Source: Promethearchaeota archaeon (lineage in GTDB: Archaea > Asgardarchaeota > Lokiarchaeia > Sigyniarchaeales > SOKP01). Taken from it: a stretch of 38,249 nucleotides of DNA. Where the stretch lies: NCBI GenBank assembly GCA_008080735.1, contig SHMW01000036.1, forward strand, positions 1-38,249, written 5' to 3'. A program made the translations under genes and the position numbers. The stretch's first letter is position 1, and every line of letters begins with the position of its first letter. Shown here piece by piece: positions 36,035 to 38,249 of this stretch. The notes below the pieces were generated by a model. That model saw nothing but the letters and a program-made list of their open reading frames with translations. It was not told where the DNA came from and did not search any database.

Positions 36035-38005
36035 TCACTTATTCCAAAAAGGGTACAAGTTCTGAATAATCGCATTAGGTTTATCGGGGATTATTTCAAT
36101 TACTTTTTTCACCCAATCCGCAATCCACTGAAATTTTTGCTTAAATCGAGAATCCATAAAGATTATTGCTCCTTTATCTGTGACTTTCCGGATTGGTCTG
36201 CCAGAGGCTTGATTTGCCCGTTGCATAGCGGGATACAAATAAGCAAAATTCCATCCTTGTTTGTCAAACACATCATCATAGTATTCAATTTTTGCGTTAA
36301 TTCGAGGTGTTGGAAGGTGATAAGGTAAACCCACAATAATGACACTATTCATCGTTTTTCCAGGATAGTCTTCCCCTTCCGAATTTCTTCCCCCACATAC
36401 ACCCAATAATACTCCTCCTCTTTCAGTACTTTCCGCCATGGATTTGAAATCCTTTACCATATAGGCATTTTGAGTCGCTGATAACCCGGGTTCTTCAACA
36501 AACAAAGTTTTATTATTTTTACGGACAACTGATTCAATATCATTGGCTATAAGGGAAGTTAATACTTTATAGGATGCACAGAAGATTCCTACATTTGCGG
36601 GAGTACAATAAAGGATCTCATCAATACGTTCGATGATCTTCTTATACATAATTGTGGTTCGATTCTCCCTTCTGGTGTTTATTCCTTCGATGATGAGCGC
36701 TTTTATGTTTTTCTTGTCAAATGGAGATTTGGCAATTATTGCTTTATATGATTTCCCACTTTGATTAAGACCTACAAGATTGCTATAAACATATGGATTG
36801 ACTGTCCCAGAAAGATGGAGGCTTGAGTAACACGATTTTAAGATTGGAATGGTAATCTCCCGCGGATCTAATGCAACAATCTCCATAGAAATATTCTTTT
36901 TATCCTTCCTCCGTGAAATATTATAAGAGAAAAAATAGCTATCCTGAGTATATGTTCTGATCCATTTTAACCAAAAATCTGCCAGATTTCCAATATAGTC
37001 TCTGGAAATCTCGCCACTAGCTAATTTTTCTTCATGAATTTGAGTACTGAAATCGTATAAATCCCTTAGAAAATTGTTGAATTTGGTTAAATCCGGTAAT
37101 CCCATTTTTTTAATTATTTTATTTAATACACCTTCAGGGTCTATTGCTTTTTCATCCACATTCATGGTGCCTTTCATTTTTTCTAGATGATTAAGGAGAA
37201 TATTGACAAATCGTTGCATTTCTGTGGTTGAGCGGTAACTTTCTAAATCTCTAAGACATAAGCGTAATGAATAAGGGGTAATAGTGAGGGAATTCACATC
37301 TGTAGCTACATCGACTACATTATGGCACTCATCTAATACCAAAATGCATTGTTCCAACTCCTTTCCGATAAACTTCAAGAATGACTGTCGGATAAATGGA
37401 TTAAATATCCACTGATAATTACAGATAACAACCTTCATTTCCGTAAGTAAGAATTTGCTTAGGAAATAAGGACAAAGATTTTTTTCTCTACATAATTCTA
37501 ATAAGACATCAGCATCAAAAGGCTGATTAAAGATTTCAGGAGAGATGAGTATAGGGTTATCCAAATTTTCTCGTTTTTTTAGAAGATTTATGAAATATTT
37601 GCAGTTCCGATTTTTGCGTAAATCGCTACATACAGACATCGACTCTCGTGGATCTGCCTTCAATTCAAGAATGGTTTCATTTAAGCACATTTCATTCCTT
37701 CCTCTAATAGATAATCCATTTATGTTCACAGAGTCGTGAGAATGTGCTATATGATCTGAGATTTTAATTAATTCTTTAATTACGCGCGAATTCTGAGAAT
37801 GGGTCCGACAAAGATACAAAATTTTGAGATCTTTTTCCACTGCGATTGGAAGGAGAGCACTTAATCCGATGACGGTTTTACCCGTGCCGTTTGGTGCCAG
37901 AAGTAAAATATTTTTTTTTCGTTGGGTACTGTTTTCTATTTGTTTGATGATATTCTCTTGCGATATTCTGTATTGATCGTAAGGAAAAAAGTGAGGATAT
38001 TGTAT
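36035..38005 (-). CDS. xpd: XPD/Rad3 family Fe-S DNA helicase
   Basis: The frame extends upstream of the track start (37840) through Walker A APNGTGKT and the Q motif FPYDQYRISQ to a stop at 38024-38026. It also has Fe-S Cys residues (EMC, SVC, NC, LCPYF), DECH, SGT, SEGED and QASGRPIR. The probable start is ATA at 38005. Confidence 0.92.
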   Translation of the reverse strand: MQYPHFFPYDQYRISQENIIKQIENSTQRKKNILLLAPNGTGKTVIGLSALLPIAVEKDLKILYLCRTHSQNSRVIKELIKISDHIAHSHDSVNINGLSIRGRNEMCLNETILELKADPRESMSVCSDLRKNRNCKYFINLLKKRENLDNPILISPEIFNQPFDADVLLELCREKNLCPYFLSKFLLTEMKVVICNYQWIFNPFIRQSFLKFIGKELEQCILVLDECHNVVDVATDVNSLTITPYSLRLCLRDLESYRSTTEMQRFVNILLNHLEKMKGTMNVDEKAIDPEGVLNKIIKKMGLPDLTKFNNFLRDLYDFSTQIHEEKLASGEISRDYIGNLADFWLKWIRTYTQDSYFFSYNISRRKDKKNISMEIVALDPREITIPILKSCYSSLHLSGTVNPYVYSNLVGLNQSGKSYKAIIAKSPFDKKNIKALIIEGINTRRENRTTIMYKKIIERIDEILYCTPANVGIFCASYKVLTSLIANDIESVVRKNNKTLFVEEPGLSATQNAYMVKDFKSMAESTERGGVLLGVCGGRNSEGEDYPGKTMNSVIIVGLPYHLPTPRINAKIEYYDDVFDKQGWNFAYLYPAMQRANQASGRPIRKVTDKGAIIFMDSRFKQKFQWIADWVKKVIEIIPDKPNAIIQNLYPFWNK

Positions 38006-38249
38006 ATTTCTCCACCCAGTATGTTATTCTAAACTTAAATTATATAATTTAATAATTATCTGGTTGTTTAAAACTTATTTATTAAGGAAACTTCAACTGA
38101 AATATGTTCTACACCATCTTTTAAAAATGCTTCCTTATTAATTATTTCAAACTTCTGAGTAATTTGCGACATTTTAATCATTTTTGGTTTAATATAATAT
38201 ATTTTATTAGATAAAAAAAGAAAAAGAAAGCTAAAATGGTTTAAAATCT

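Noticed and set aside
37911-37919. Homopolymer run near the xpd 5' end as a possible frameshift or slippage site
   Set aside because: The frame reads through it intact from the Q motif to Walker A, so no shift is required.
1-38249. CRISPR arrays, tRNA/rRNA genes, integrases or viral hallmark genes
   Set aside because: No regularly spaced repeats, GC-rich cloverleaf or rRNA-like segments, or such ORFs were seen by eye. A covariance-model scan would be needed to exclude small RNAs.

Overview
AT-rich, gene-dense archaeal chromosome segment, most likely from an Asgard archaeon (Lokiarchaeia/Promethearchaeota-like). This is inferred from a Snf7/ESCRT-III gene, a Roadblock/LC7 protein, ribosomal protein eL33/L35Ae, archaeal 3-dehydroquinate synthase II, an XPD helicase and a tungsten AOR. 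The left edge holds an IS200/IS605 element (tnpA plus the first 16 codons of tnpB, which the ORF track misses). The first 14 kb mix housekeeping genes with eukaryote-signature-like proteins: a Roadblock domain with a long acidic tail, a catalytically degenerate zinc-ribbon CPBP protein, a Vps20/Snf7-class ESCRT-III with a MIM2-like motif, a 742-aa Zn-finger/coiled-coil/PH/prion-like/steadiness-box-like protein, and a stand-alone divergent GGDEF-fold gene paired with a PHP phosphoesterase. The 14.4-31.7 kb stretch is a catabolic island: ceramidase-like amidase, two secernin/C69 peptidases, split UxaA/SuyAB-type lyase, ArsR-like regulator, AOR, class III aminotransferase, ThDP enzyme, D-aminoacylase, GPH transporter, RidA and a fold-III PLP enzyme. 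The right end carries glycogen synthase, an MFS transporter, an enoyl-CoA hydratase and XPD, whose reading frame extends upstream to a probable ATA start. No rRNA, tRNA or CRISPR array was recognised. All family calls come from motif recognition by eye, not from database searches.
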